Shown here in pieces: positions 19,233 through 28,926 of a DNA stretch of 64,000 bases. Under the pieces are notes generated by a model, which saw only the letters and a list, made by a program, of their open reading frames with translations, was not told where the DNA came from and searched no databases. The stretch is from an uncultured virus (IMG/VR IMGVR_UViG_2873412701_000001) (taxonomy: Duplodnaviria > Heunggongvirae > Uroviricota > Caudoviricetes). Within the stretch, counting starts at the first letter, position 1, and each line of letters opens with the position of its first letter. The translations under genes were made by a program, and so were the position numbers. The stretch lies in IMG/VR virus record IMGVR_UViG_2873412701_000001. The stretch is one strand, 5' to 3'.

Positions 19233-19558
19233 TGGGCCTCTACCACTCCGTGAACCTCGCGTACGGCTTCGAGATCCCCGCGAAGACCGACGTCAACGAG
19301 ATCGACCGCGCACTACAGGGCCAGCCCTACAACCCCGACAGCGTCGGCTACATCGTCGTCGGCGACTGCGACCACCTGCTCCTCGCCACCCGGTGCACGC
19401 GCGTCGACGAGAACGAGTTCGTCCGCCTCAGCATCGACACCCTCGCACCGCCCGCCGAGCAGGCCGCGTGGGACACCGCCCTCCACCAGGCGGCCGTCAG
19501 CGTCGGCTGCCCGGACCACCCGGCGCCCGCCTGGCTGGTCATCCACAACTACCGCTGA
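19232..19558 (+). CDS. Hypothetical phage protein
   Basis: TGATG coupling; followed by hairpin at 19569-19592. Confidence 0.7.
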   Translation: MGLYHSVNLAYGFEIPAKTDVNEIDRALQGQPYNPDSVGYIVVGDCDHLLLATRCTRVDENEFVRLSIDTLAPPAEQAAWDTALHQAAVSVGCPDHPAPAWLVIHNYR

Positions 19559-19610
19559 GCAACACGAAGGCCCCGCACGCACGGTGCGGGGCCAGGGAGG
19601 AGGAGGGGTG

Positions 19611-19862
19611 TCAGGACTCGGCGATGTTGCGGGCGGCGTTGGCGTCACGGGCGCGCTTCGGATCGGGCGCGATCTTCGCAACCCACTCACGGGTCATGCC
19701 GGACCAGCGGGCCATGTCGGACGGCCCGACGCCTTGAGCGCGCCAGGTCACGAACAGCTCGCGCAGCGCGGCGTCGTCCCGCTCGAAGGCGGCCTTCGAC
19801 TTCTCGCGCTTACGGGTGGCTTCCCGGATCTGGGTCTCGGCATCGCTGGTCATGACCCTCAT
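19611..19862 (-). CDS. Small HTH regulator
   Basis: GVGPSDMARWSGMTREWVAKI. Confidence 0.75.
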   Translation of the reverse strand: MRVMTSDAETQIREATRKREKSKAAFERDDAALRELFVTWRAQGVGPSDMARWSGMTREWVAKIAPDPKRARDANAARNIAES

Positions 19863-19943
19863 GGTGGCACAGCTTGTCACGGTCGCGCTACGCGTCCGCG
19901 CTATGGGGTCGCGAAGCGCGGTCGCGAACGGTATTCTCGTCTC

Positions 19944-20516
19944 ATGAGTAACAGCGAACGGCGATCGGCCGTCCGGATTGCCGACGGAAAGATCACGATG
20001 GCCTACTCGACGGAAGCCGACGCACGCACCGCTTTCCGCCAGCTGGCCGAGGCGTACGGCTGGCTCGCCCGGGAGGAAGTGGTCATCCCCGGGTGGGGGC
20101 GCATCGATCTCGTACTGCGGTCCACCGAAGCCGCTAGCCCGGTTCTCATCGAACTGAAGAAGGAGCTGAAGAAGCCCTCGGAGATCCGCAAGGCGTTCCA
20201 GCAGGCAGACGGTTACGGCCGATGGTGGGCTCTCCACAAGGACGAGAGCGTCACCAGTCTTCTCGTGGGCATGGAGTGCGACTGGGCGCAGGTGCAGCCG
20301 GTCGCAGATGCCTACCCGCAGGTCAAATCTCTCTCCGGCGCAGGGTTCATGACGAACCTCTTCAACTGGCGTCTAGACCCGGGTACGCGCGCGCCACGTG
20401 CCCGCGAACGCCTGGCCTCTCTGGAAGCGCTCCTCGCCATCCACCGCCTCGCTGTGGAGGAGATGGACACCGAATCCACTCAAAGCCCTTATCCCACGGA
20501 GACGGACAGTGTCTGA
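19944..20516 (+). CDS. PD-(D/E)XK restriction-endonuclease-like protein
   Basis: E...GRIDLV...IELK...AFQQADGY (D..ExK plus QxxxY). Confidence 0.7.
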   Translation: MSNSERRSAVRIADGKITMAYSTEADARTAFRQLAEAYGWLAREEVVIPGWGRIDLVLRSTEAASPVLIELKKELKKPSEIRKAFQQADGYGRWWALHKDESVTSLLVGMECDWAQVQPVADAYPQVKSLSGAGFMTNLFNWRLDPGTRAPRARERLASLEALLAIHRLAVEEMDTESTQSPYPTETDSV

Positions 20517-21309
20517 AGAAATCACCCGCTTGATGACGGAAGCAGAGGCGCATGCATCCGTAGACCGCACGAAGCGCAGTCTGCAAGACGCCGCAGATGA
20601 ACTCGTTCGGCAGATCAACGGCCGCGCGTGGATCGCGCTGGGATATCAATCGTGGGACGACATGCGGGAGGCCGTCTATGGCGGCGCAGCCATCATCGTT
20701 CCGCGTGCGGATCGTCCCGAGCTGACCGCTCAACTGGCCGCTGGCGGTCTCAGTCAGACCCAGATCAGCGAGACGCTGGGCGTCTCTCAAGCCACCATTT
20801 CGGGCGACCTGCAACGCGTTATCAACTCTGATAACGCGAGCGTCCCCGCCACCCGGATCGACTCCATGGGGCGAGAGCAGGTGCGCACCAAGCCGCGCAC
20901 GACGCCCCCCGCCGAGTCTGACCCACCGTCGGACGAGGACCTCCTCGACGGCCGCGAGTGGACGGGCGCCGCAAACCCCAGCCTCGAACCCGCCCGGCCT
21001 GAGCCGCCGAAGCCGAAGCGCCGCCCGCTCCCCGAGGCGTTCACCGACGCCACCCATGACTTCGTCCGCATCGCGGAGCGCTTCGACCGCCTGCGCCAGG
21101 ACGACCGGTTCACCCGCAACCGGCACCAGACCCACCACCGGGCCTCCGACATCGTCCGGGCCCTGGACTCCATCGCCCAGTTCGCCGCCGACATGGATCT
21201 CCCGGCGGCCGAGACAAGCGAGGAGGCCCGCCGCTGGTGGGCGACGAGCCTCCACAACATCTCCGACGCCCTCACCGGCGTCGCCAACTCCCTCGAACAG
21301 GAGAAGTAA
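20509..21309 (+). CDS. HTH DNA-binding protein
   Basis: AWIALGYQSW; GLSQTQISETLGVSQATISGDL. Confidence 0.75.
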   Translation: MSEEITRLMTEAEAHASVDRTKRSLQDAADELVRQINGRAWIALGYQSWDDMREAVYGGAAIIVPRADRPELTAQLAAGGLSQTQISETLGVSQATISGDLQRVINSDNASVPATRIDSMGREQVRTKPRTTPPAESDPPSDEDLLDGREWTGAANPSLEPARPEPPKPKRRPLPEAFTDATHDFVRIAERFDRLRQDDRFTRNRHQTHHRASDIVRALDSIAQFAADMDLPAAETSEEARRWWATSLHNISDALTGVANSLEQEK

Positions 21310-22190
21310 TGACCAGCTCCATCGTACCCATGACCGGCCAGGACGGCCCGGTCTACACCGTCGTCGACATCACCCCCGACCTCGCCAAGGACTGGCTCGG
21401 ACAGAACATCCACAACCGCAACCTCCGCGAGCGCGTCGTCAACGGCTACGCCGCCGACATGCGCGACGGGAACTGGGTCGAGGACGGACAGAGCATCAAG
21501 TTCGCCAAGGGCAACACCGTCCTCCTCGACGAACCCCCGATCGTCGGCGGCGCACTCCTCGACGGCCAGCACCGTCTCAGCGCGGTCGTCGCAGCCGACA
21601 CCACCGTCCGCATGCTCGTCGTCACGAACCTGTCCGACAGCACGCAGGAAACCATGGACACCGGCGCCAAGCGCGTCCTCGGCGACGTCCTCAAGCTCCG
21701 CGGGGAAGAGCGCTACGTGCCCCTGGCGGCCATCCTCCTCCGCGTCTACCTGTGGGAGGTGCAGGGCCAGCGGCGCAGCATGAAGGCGAACAACGCCCGC
21801 CCCACCCACCGCCAGCTCCTCCAGTTCCTCGAAGAGCACCCCGAGCTGCGGCGCTCCGCCGAGATCGGCAGCCGGGTCAGGACCGCCATCCCGCTGTCGG
21901 CCAGTTCTGGCGGCCTGTGCCACTGGCTGTTCAGCCGGATCGACCAGAGCGACTCGGCGTTCTTCTTCGCCCGCCTCGTCGACCACGCCGGCCTCGTGCC
22001 CGGCGATCCGATCTACGCCCTCCGGCGCGTGATCGAGAACTTCGCCAAGGACAAGGGCCGCGTCGGCGAGGAGCACCTCACCGCCCTCGCCATCAAGGCG
22101 TGGAACGCCTACCGCGACGGCCGCCAGGTCCAACTCCTGACGTACAAGCCGGGCGGCGCCACCCCCGAGGCGTACCCCGAGCCCAAGTAG
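21309..22190 (+). CDS. ParB/Srx-like domain protein
   Basis: ITP..A...L..N..NR, Y..DM..G.W, LLDGQHRL.A. Confidence 0.8.
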   Translation: MTSSIVPMTGQDGPVYTVVDITPDLAKDWLGQNIHNRNLRERVVNGYAADMRDGNWVEDGQSIKFAKGNTVLLDEPPIVGGALLDGQHRLSAVVAADTTVRMLVVTNLSDSTQETMDTGAKRVLGDVLKLRGEERYVPLAAILLRVYLWEVQGQRRSMKANNARPTHRQLLQFLEEHPELRRSAEIGSRVRTAIPLSASSGGLCHWLFSRIDQSDSAFFFARLVDHAGLVPGDPIYALRRVIENFAKDKGRVGEEHLTALAIKAWNAYRDGRQVQLLTYKPGGATPEAYPEPK

Positions 22191-22262
22191 CCGCACCCGC
22201 GGGGCCGTCCACGCGGCGGCCCCGCTTCCCTCCCTGATCAGTACGGACGAGAGAAGCACTTC

Positions 22263-23243
22263 ATGGCCTGGTTCGCCCTCGATGACGGGTTCGACACGCA
22301 CCCCAAGGTGCGCAAGGCGGGCAACGCTGCCGTCGGCCTCTTCGTGCGCCTCGGCGTCCACGCGACCAGGCACCTCACCGAAGGGCACCTCGACGGCGAC
22401 ATCGTCCGCAGCTACGGCACCGGACCCAACATCAAAAAGCTCGTCGCCGTCGGCATGCTCCACGGCCACGGCCACGACTGCATGCGCTGCCCGCAGCCGG
22501 CCGACGGCGACTTCGTCATCCACGACTACCTCGACTACAACAAGTCCCGCGCGCAGATCGAGGCCTCCCGTGAAGCGGCCCGGAAGCGGCAGAACCGGGG
22601 TCGGGAAACGGCCCGCGCGAACCGGAATGCACGCGATTCCGAGCGCGTTTCGAGCCCGATTCGGAGCCGAAACGGATCCGATTCCGCTCCGAATCGTGAA
22701 CGAAATGACCCCCTGTTTGATGATGAACCCGCAGGTCACGACGACATGTCACGGCGTGACACCCATGAGGGTGTCACGGTTGTCCCCTCCCCTCCCCTCC
22801 CCTCCCATAACTACGACGTGGCTGATGTAGGTGGGGGAACTACCGGTAGTAGGGCCGCTGATCTTGACGCTCACGCGCCCACACCGATCGAGATCGACGG
22901 CTTCCAGCTGACCGACGCCATGCGCCGCTGGGCCAAGCGCGACGGCTACTCAGACCTCGTCGACATCGACCACGCCACCGCCCAGTTCGTCTCGCACTAC
23001 CGCTCCACGGCCGCCCGCCGCTCCTCGTGGCCGGACGCCTGGCAGAAGTGGATCCGCGACGACGCCAAGCGCGCCACCGAACGCGGCACCCGCACCCAGC
23101 AGGGCGCATTCCTCGTCGCCCTCCCCGGCGGAGGACAAGCACCACCACGCCCCTCCACCACCGACGCCCGCGTCCAAGCCGCCCTCGACCTCGGCCGGCA
23201 GATGCAAGCCGAATACGACGCCGCCCACAAGGAGGCCCAGTGA
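22263..23243 (+). CDS. Phage replication initiator-like protein
   Basis: MAWF.LDD.F..HPK N-terminus, IHDYLDYN, C-terminal W...W..W domain. Confidence 0.75.
   Translation: MAWFALDDGFDTHPKVRKAGNAAVGLFVRLGVHATRHLTEGHLDGDIVRSYGTGPNIKKLVAVGMLHGHGHDCMRCPQPADGDFVIHDYLDYNKSRAQIEASREAARKRQNRGRETARANRNARDSERVSSPIRSRNGSDSAPNRERNDPLFDDEPAGHDDMSRRDTHEGVTVVPSPPLPSHNYDVADVGGGTTGSRAADLDAHAPTPIEIDGFQLTDAMRRWAKRDGYSDLVDIDHATAQFVSHYRSTAARRSSWPDAWQKWIRDDAKRATERGTRTQQGAFLVALPGGGQAPPRPSTTDARVQAALDLGRQMQAEYDAAHKEAQ
22600..22810. other. Putative replication origin inside the initiator gene
   Basis: Clustered GATTC/GAATC, TGTCACGG repeats and palindrome, (CCCCT)4. Confidence 0.45.
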
Positions 23244-23971
23244 TCACCTTCGAAGACGCCTCAACACTCCTCGGCCTCGCTGCTGCTCGCGACCAGCGCA
23301 CCGTCGGCCGCGCCGATGTCCTCGCCTGGCACGCCGACCTCACCGCCGCAGGCCTCACCCGCAACGATGCTGAGGCCGCGCTGACGGTCTTCTACCAGGA
23401 GATGGCCAGCCGCCAGCCGAAGGACCGCTACCGGGTCACCGCCGTCGACTTGATCGACATCGCCAAGCGGGCCCGCCGCGAACGCGTCGCCAACCTCCGC
23501 TACGACGGCGACCCCGACGAAACCCCCGCCCAGTACCTTGCCCGGCTCCGCGCCCGCACCGCCGCCCTCGCCGACGGCCGCATCGGACCGGACACCGGAC
23601 TCCGTGCCCTCAACCCCGGCACCCCCGACCCGCGACTGCTCCGCGAACTCACCGCCATCGGCCGCGACGTACCCGACGACGACACCGCTGGAAGCCGGCG
23701 GCCGGTACGCGTCGGCCCGCTCACCGTCGCCTGCCCCGCCTGCCTGGCACCCCTCGGACGGCACTGCCGCACCAACGGCCACCCCCGCACCGTCCCCCAC
23801 GCCGCCCGCCGCCGAGCCGCACGCGACGCCCACGAACTGCCCCGCGAAGACACCGCCCAGATCGCCGCCCGCAAAGAAGCCGCAGCCGCCTACCTCGGCC
23901 AGCTACCTCCTGAGGAGCGTGCCGAGCTGGAGGAGTTCAAGAGCCAGATCCGGAAGACGGACGCCCCGTGA
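23240..23971 (+). CDS. Helicase loader/inhibitor-like protein with zinc finger
   Basis: LLG.AAA.DQRTVG.AD..AW; CPAC.A..G..C; follows the initiator. Confidence 0.65.
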   Translation: MITFEDASTLLGLAAARDQRTVGRADVLAWHADLTAAGLTRNDAEAALTVFYQEMASRQPKDRYRVTAVDLIDIAKRARRERVANLRYDGDPDETPAQYLARLRARTAALADGRIGPDTGLRALNPGTPDPRLLRELTAIGRDVPDDDTAGSRRPVRVGPLTVACPACLAPLGRHCRTNGHPRTVPHAARRRAARDAHELPREDTAQIAARKEAAAAYLGQLPPEERAELEEFKSQIRKTDAP

Positions 23972-24135
23972 CCGACAAGCCGCCCGCCTGGTCCATCCGC
24001 TGCCCGTGGTGTCAGGCCCCTCCCGGCGCCCGCTGCACCAGCCCCCGCGGCCGGCGCCTCGCCATCGAATCCCACGACGCACGACTCCAAGCCCACACCG
24101 CCCGCACCGCCGCCGAGAACAGGACCAGCCCATGA
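23968..24135 (+). CDS. Small zinc-finger protein
   Basis: CPWC.A.PG..C...H..R. Confidence 0.65.
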   Translation: MTDKPPAWSIRCPWCQAPPGARCTSPRGRRLAIESHDARLQAHTARTAAENRTSP

Positions 24136-24359
24136 CTGCCGACTTCTACGAGCCCGGCCACACCTATGCCAAGAGCCACGGGTGGAAGTTCCGCGTCGAC
24201 ATGATCACCACCCACCCGGCCGACGGTGAACGCACCGCGCTCGGCTGGCGCTTCTTCCGCGACGAGTGGGAGCCCTACGAGTACGGCGAGGGCGACTGGT
24301 CGATCCACCAGGCCACCGGCGGCTTCACGGAGATCACGAAGACGGAGGCCGACCGGTGA
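24132..24359 (+). CDS. Hypothetical phage protein
   Basis: ATGA coupling. Confidence 0.65.
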   Translation: MTADFYEPGHTYAKSHGWKFRVDMITTHPADGERTALGWRFFRDEWEPYEYGEGDWSIHQATGGFTEITKTEADR

Positions 24360-24640
24360 CCGCCTTCAAGCCGCACCCCGCCGTCCACGCCCCGTGGATG
24401 TTCATGTGCGCCATGGACGACCCCGACGCCGTCATCATCTCGTTCGCCGAAAACCCGGGCGCCCAGATCGCGAGCGCCCTCCTCGAAGACGTCGGCGACT
24501 GGCACCACGCGATCAAGAACCTTCAGCGGACCAACGTCCCCGAAGGCGTCGTCACCGCCCTGGACGCCTTCCACGACGCCGTCTGCGGCTGGGTCGAGTG
24601 GAACGAACAGGCGGCCAAGCGGACGGAGCCCAAGCCGTGA
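24356..24640 (+). CDS. Hypothetical phage protein
   Basis: GGAGG RBS, GTGA coupling. Confidence 0.6.
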   Translation: MTAFKPHPAVHAPWMFMCAMDDPDAVIISFAENPGAQIASALLEDVGDWHHAIKNLQRTNVPEGVVTALDAFHDAVCGWVEWNEQAAKRTEPKP

Positions 24641-24840
24641 CCCCGCTGGAGCGGCTCCTCGCCGAAGACATCCCCACCCGACCGCCACCCGCCCCGTCCA
24701 CGCCCAGGACAAGCACCGGCCGCCGGCCATGGACCCCCGCCGAGCAAGACGCCCACTGGCAGGCCCTCTGCGACGCCGTCGGCGCCCCGGACACCCAACG
24801 CCCCGCCCTCCGCCTCATACGACCCGCACAAGCCGCTTGA
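24637..24840 (+). CDS. Hypothetical phage protein
   Basis: GTGA coupling. Confidence 0.55.
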   Translation: MTPLERLLAEDIPTRPPPAPSTPRTSTGRRPWTPAEQDAHWQALCDAVGAPDTQRPALRLIRPAQAA

Positions 24841-24905
24841 CCTGTTGTGCACCCCGACCGCCAGACAACCAGCACAAACACCACGAAAGGACCCGCGTCG
24901 TGACC

Positions 24906-25343
24906 ATGAACGACGACCTCAACCGCATCGGCTACCAGATGCTCAGCCGACGCGTCCACGCCGCCGAAGCCGTCGCCTGGCAAGCCCTCAACATCACACC
25001 CCTCGACGACGAGACCGCCGCCCAGGTACTCGCCCGCATCCGGTACGTCGCCGAGCGGGACCACCCCGAACTGCTGCTGCGCTTCGAGCACTCCCGCATC
25101 GAGATCTACACGGTCGCCGACGACTGCGGATGCGACGAGAACGCCGAGGACTACGACAGCGACCACGGCGAGAGCGACGACGACGGCCGCTACCTCTGCT
25201 CGAAGAAGTTCCACGGCCACGTCTGCGGCGACTGCGAGAACGAAGACGGCGACGGACCCTCCTGGCGCCCGGACCGCTACGAGTGGCCGTGCCCGACCGT
25301 CGCCGCGATCGACCGCCGCACCACCAACCAGCCCGCCGCCTGA
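24906..25343 (+). CDS. Cys-rich hypothetical protein
   Basis: CGDC...WPCPTV. Confidence 0.65.
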   Translation: MNDDLNRIGYQMLSRRVHAAEAVAWQALNITPLDDETAAQVLARIRYVAERDHPELLLRFEHSRIEIYTVADDCGCDENAEDYDSDHGESDDDGRYLCSKKFHGHVCGDCENEDGDGPSWRPDRYEWPCPTVAAIDRRTTNQPAA

Positions 25344-25428
25344 CCCGCAACTGATCACCACCGCGCGACCACCCGGATACCCCGCCGTCTAGCCGTCGCG
25401 CGTTGAACCCCGCCTAAGGAGCCACACC

Positions 25429-25962
25429 ATGAACACACGCCGAACCCTCGCCCTCACCGCCTACATCCTCGCCATCGCCGCAGCGAACTGGCTCACCACC
25501 CGCTACGGCATCGTCCCCACCGGCTTCGGCCTCGCCACCACCGCAGGCACCTACGCCGCCGGACTCGCCCTACTGCTCCGGGATGTCGTGCAGGACTACG
25601 CCGGCACCGCCTGGGTGTTCGTCGGCATCGCTGCCGGAGGCGCGCTCACGGCCGTCATGTCGCCCGCCCTGGCCGTGGCTTCCGTGGCCGCGTTCGTCCT
25701 TGCCGAACTGTTCGACTGGGGCGTCTACACCCCGCTCCGCTCCCGCGGGTGGGCACGGGCCGCCCTCCTCTCCGGGATCGTGGGCGCGATCGTCGACACG
25801 GCGGTGTTCCTGCGGCTCGCCCCGTTCCCGTTCGAGTGGCCCGTGTTCTGGGGCCAACTGGTCGGCAAGGCGCTGTGGGCCACGCTCCTGCCCGTCCTGC
25901 TCGTCGTCGCTATCCGGCAGGTGCGCCGTGGTCCGGTATCTCGGCACTCCGTCGGGGCCTGA
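25429..25962 (+). CDS. VUT/YhhQ-family queuosine-precursor transporter
   Basis: AANW...G..P.GFG....AGT..AG....LRD.VQ; ASVAAF.LAEL.D..VYT.LR; VDT..FL..A. Confidence 0.85.
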   Translation: MNTRRTLALTAYILAIAAANWLTTRYGIVPTGFGLATTAGTYAAGLALLLRDVVQDYAGTAWVFVGIAAGGALTAVMSPALAVASVAAFVLAELFDWGVYTPLRSRGWARAALLSGIVGAIVDTAVFLRLAPFPFEWPVFWGQLVGKALWATLLPVLLVVAIRQVRRGPVSRHSVGA

Positions 25963-26572
25963 CGTGCGGGCCGCGATGAGTGCCGGGCTCATCGGCTGCA
26001 TGACGACCCCGGCCCAAGGCAACCGGATCCCCGAGGGCGCGCTGTACGCGTGCGACAACGGCAAGTTCGGCTGCGACGGCAAGGGCCGCAACTGGCCCGG
26101 CACCCAACGCTGGTGGGACTGGCTAGAGCGCACCGTGGAGCGGTACGGCGCCGACCGGTGCCTGTGGGCGCTCGCTCCCGACGTCCCGTTCGATGCCGCC
26201 GCCACCCTCGACGAGTCCCGGCCGTGGCTCGCCCGCATCCGTGAACTCGGCGTACCGGCCGCGTTCGCCGCACAGAACGGCTGCGAGTACGGGCTCATTC
26301 CGTGGGGCGAGTTCGACGTGCTGTTCCTCGCCGGGGACACCGAGTGGAAGACCGGCCCGATCGCCGAACGCCTGTCCCGGGAAGCGCGGGAGCGGGGCGT
26401 GGCCGTCCACATGGGCCGCGTGAACTCCCTCGCCCGGCTGCGCACAGCGGAGTGGTTCGGCTGCGACAGCGCGGACGGCACGTATCTGGCGTTCGGCCCG
26501 GACAAGAACCTCGCCCGGCTCACCGGCTGGCTGGACGAGCTGCACCACACGCCGAGCCTCTTCGGCACATGA
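25928..26572 (+). CDS. TGT-fold / DpdA-like base transglycosylase
   Basis: DNG.F, PDV..D...T, Q.G, VHMGRVN, DSADGT; overlaps the VUT gene. Confidence 0.65.
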   Translation: MVRYLGTPSGPDVRAAMSAGLIGCMTTPAQGNRIPEGALYACDNGKFGCDGKGRNWPGTQRWWDWLERTVERYGADRCLWALAPDVPFDAAATLDESRPWLARIRELGVPAAFAAQNGCEYGLIPWGEFDVLFLAGDTEWKTGPIAERLSREARERGVAVHMGRVNSLARLRTAEWFGCDSADGTYLAFGPDKNLARLTGWLDELHHTPSLFGT

Positions 26573-26697
26573 CCACGCAGGACGGCCGCCCCTGTCGCTA
26601 TCAGGGGCGGCCGCACCCGAAGTCCATCACACCGCCCGTCCGTTCCCCGGCTGCCGCTTCACGGTGGCGGCCGGCCACCCCAACCGTGAGGACCACC

Positions 26698-27459
26698 ATG
26701 ACCACCGACCCGACACCCGAGTCCGCCCGCGCGCTGCTCGACCGGCACGGCCTGCCTGAGGACGTCATCGACGGCGTGCTCTGCCTCCACGCGCAGGAAC
26801 TCGCCGCCTTGCAGCGGCTCCGCATGGACGAGCTGGACCTGACGGGGCAGAAGGCCCGGTTCGTGGGGCGGATCGTCGACCTGATCGACCCGACGCGCAC
26901 CGCTGCTGTTCCTGTTGCCGCGCCGCCCACCACCGAACAGACCGCACTCCGGGACTGCATCCGCCGCGCGCTGTGCGAGGCCGCTGGGTTCGGCTTCGCC
27001 TGGGGCACGGACATGCTGGAGCCCGACGAGTACGGCGAGGTCGCCGATGCGGTGCTGGCTGTGCTGCCTGCGCCCGCAGACCGGGCCGCCGAGGCTCGGG
27101 TTCGCGCCCTGCACCAGGAGTACGCGTTCGGCGGCGACCCGCAGGTCTACTGCGCGCACTGCAACCAGATCAGCGGCGGATGGATCCCGTGGCCGTGCCC
27201 GACCGTGCAGGCGCTGGCCGCCGAGGCACCCCACGCCGAGACACCGGACGCCGAGGGTCTGCCTGCCCGTCTCGAAGCCGCGCTCACCGAACGCTTCACC
27301 GCGCTCGGCAATCCGTTCTCCGAGATGCGCCGCCAGGAGCAGGGCCCCGACGGCTGGCCCGCGTCGCGTCCGGTCGGGCCGCACCAGGTTGCCGAGGTGC
27401 TGCGGGAACTGCTTGCCGCCGCGCCCGCCGTTGTGGCCCAGCCCGGCAAGGAGAACTGA
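26698..27459 (+). CDS. Hypothetical modular phage protein
   Basis: GAGGA RBS; CAHC...WPCPTV. Confidence 0.65.
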   Translation: MTTDPTPESARALLDRHGLPEDVIDGVLCLHAQELAALQRLRMDELDLTGQKARFVGRIVDLIDPTRTAAVPVAAPPTTEQTALRDCIRRALCEAAGFGFAWGTDMLEPDEYGEVADAVLAVLPAPADRAAEARVRALHQEYAFGGDPQVYCAHCNQISGGWIPWPCPTVQALAAEAPHAETPDAEGLPARLEAALTERFTALGNPFSEMRRQEQGPDGWPASRPVGPHQVAEVLRELLAAAPAVVAQPGKEN

Positions 27460-27460
27460 C

Positions 27461-27664
27461 ATGGCCGACCGATTCAGCGGCAACCACATCGGCCGCTCCT
27501 GGACCACCCACGAGATCGAAGACCGGTGCCCCTGCCCGAAGGCCCCGTGCGGGCTCGTCGTGCAGGACGAGGTCGCCGCCGAGTGCCGTGAGCACCACTG
27601 GTCCGCTGCGAAGACCACCCGCCAGTCGCACTCCGCTGACCGATGCCCGGGAGCAACGCAGTGA
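27461..27664 (+). CDS. Small Cys/His-rich protein
   Basis: [10 protein letters not shown]...C.EH; GGAG RBS. Confidence 0.65.
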   Translation: MADRFSGNHIGRSWTTHEIEDRCPCPKAPCGLVVQDEVAAECREHHWSAAKTTRQSHSADRCPGATQ

Positions 27665-27929
27665 TCGCCGAAGCCTTGGAGGCGGCGTGGGTGGTCGTCG
27701 GGGTGGTGGCGGTGACGGTCGGCCTGTACGCGGTCGTGGTGGCCGGGTGGGGGATCTGGCGGGCGGTGGTGGCTGTGATTCGCCGCTGTCGCACCTCGGA
27801 AACGCACGACGACCCCTCGTCCTGGTCCGGAGAGGGGTCGAGAAAGGGTGTGACGGGGGCTGTGAGGCGATGAGGGGGCGTTTCTTTACCGCGCCGCATC
27901 GGGCGAGTTTGCGTGGCTCAGGCGGGCGC

Positions 27930-28151
27930 TCAGGGCTTTGGATCTTCCTTGGGTGCTCTGGGCCGGCGGGCCGGGTGCGACGCCCGCCACTTGTCGACCT
28001 CTCCGGGAAGCCAGAGCGAGGCCCGTCCGACCTTGGTCGGCTTCGGAAAGTCGGGCGACCTGTTGACCAGGTTGTAGACGCTCTGCCGGGAGATCCCCAG
28101 ACGGCTCGCTACCTGGTCAGCGTCGATGTATCGGCTGATGTCCATTGGCAC
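27930..28151 (-). CDS. AlpA/excisionase-like HTH protein
   Basis: VASRLGISRQSVY......FPKP.KVGRASLW....V..W. Confidence 0.85.
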   Translation of the reverse strand: MPMDISRYIDADQVASRLGISRQSVYNLVNRSPDFPKPTKVGRASLWLPGEVDKWRASHPARRPRAPKEDPKP

Positions 28152-28163
28152 ACGGTAACCCCT

Positions 28164-28201
28164 TGGAGTAGTTCAGGAATGCTAGGATGGAGTAGTTCAG
28201 G
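28164..28201. promoter_or_regulatory. 14-bp direct repeat TGGAGTAGTTCAGG x2
   Basis: 28164-28177 and 28188-28201, between the divergent alpA-like and HNH genes. Confidence 0.75.
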
Positions 28202-28222
28202 TCGCCTAAGAAAGGTTGAAAG

Positions 28223-28840
28223 GTGACAGCAAAACCCCTCCCTCCCGGAGACTGGCGCCTACGCGTCTACGGCCGCGCCCCCGCCAACGGAGTCACAACC
28301 CGGCAATATCCCCGCGTCGCCGAACGCAACCGCGCCATCGAGAAGCAGAACAACCAGTGCCTCTACTGCGAGATACCGATCGGCACGCCCATATGGCGCC
28401 ACAGCAAGACCGTGATCCTGCGCCTCAACTGGGATCACTTCGTGCCCTACGCCTACCTCGCGCGCAGCCCCCGCGATAACTGGGTCCTGGCCTGCCACGT
28501 CTGCAACCGGATCAAGTCCTGCCGGATGTTCGACACCGTGCAGGCAGCCCGCGAAGTCATCCTCCCCGAGCGCGTAGCCCGGGGGTACGAGGCGCCCAAG
28601 GAAGTCCTTCTCCGCCTCGGTCTTGCGGCCAGCGAGAACCCGTGGCCGGTCGACGTCCGGGCTATGGGGCACGCCGTGTACCACTCGGCGCGCATGGTCC
28701 GTGAGGGCGTGTACCTCACCCCGTGCGGGGTCGAAGTGGCCCGCGAGAACATCCGTCCGATCGCGTCGCATCAGCGGCGCTGCACCAAGTGCCTACAGCT
28801 GCGCGACCTTCCCGTTGTGCCGCCTGCGGCAACACCGTGA
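28223..28840 (+). CDS. HNH endonuclease
   Basis: CLYC...DHFVP...N.V.ACHVCN..K. Confidence 0.85.
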   Translation: MTAKPLPPGDWRLRVYGRAPANGVTTRQYPRVAERNRAIEKQNNQCLYCEIPIGTPIWRHSKTVILRLNWDHFVPYAYLARSPRDNWVLACHVCNRIKSCRMFDTVQAAREVILPERVARGYEAPKEVLLRLGLAASENPWPVDVRAMGHAVYHSARMVREGVYLTPCGVEVARENIRPIASHQRRCTKCLQLRDLPVVPPAATP

Positions 28841-28926
28841 ACGGGCAGGGCGCCCCCCGCAGCAATCGGGGGGCGCCCGTCGCCCATCCAACCACGCTCG
28901 TGCTCAGCAGATGGAAGGCAAGATCG

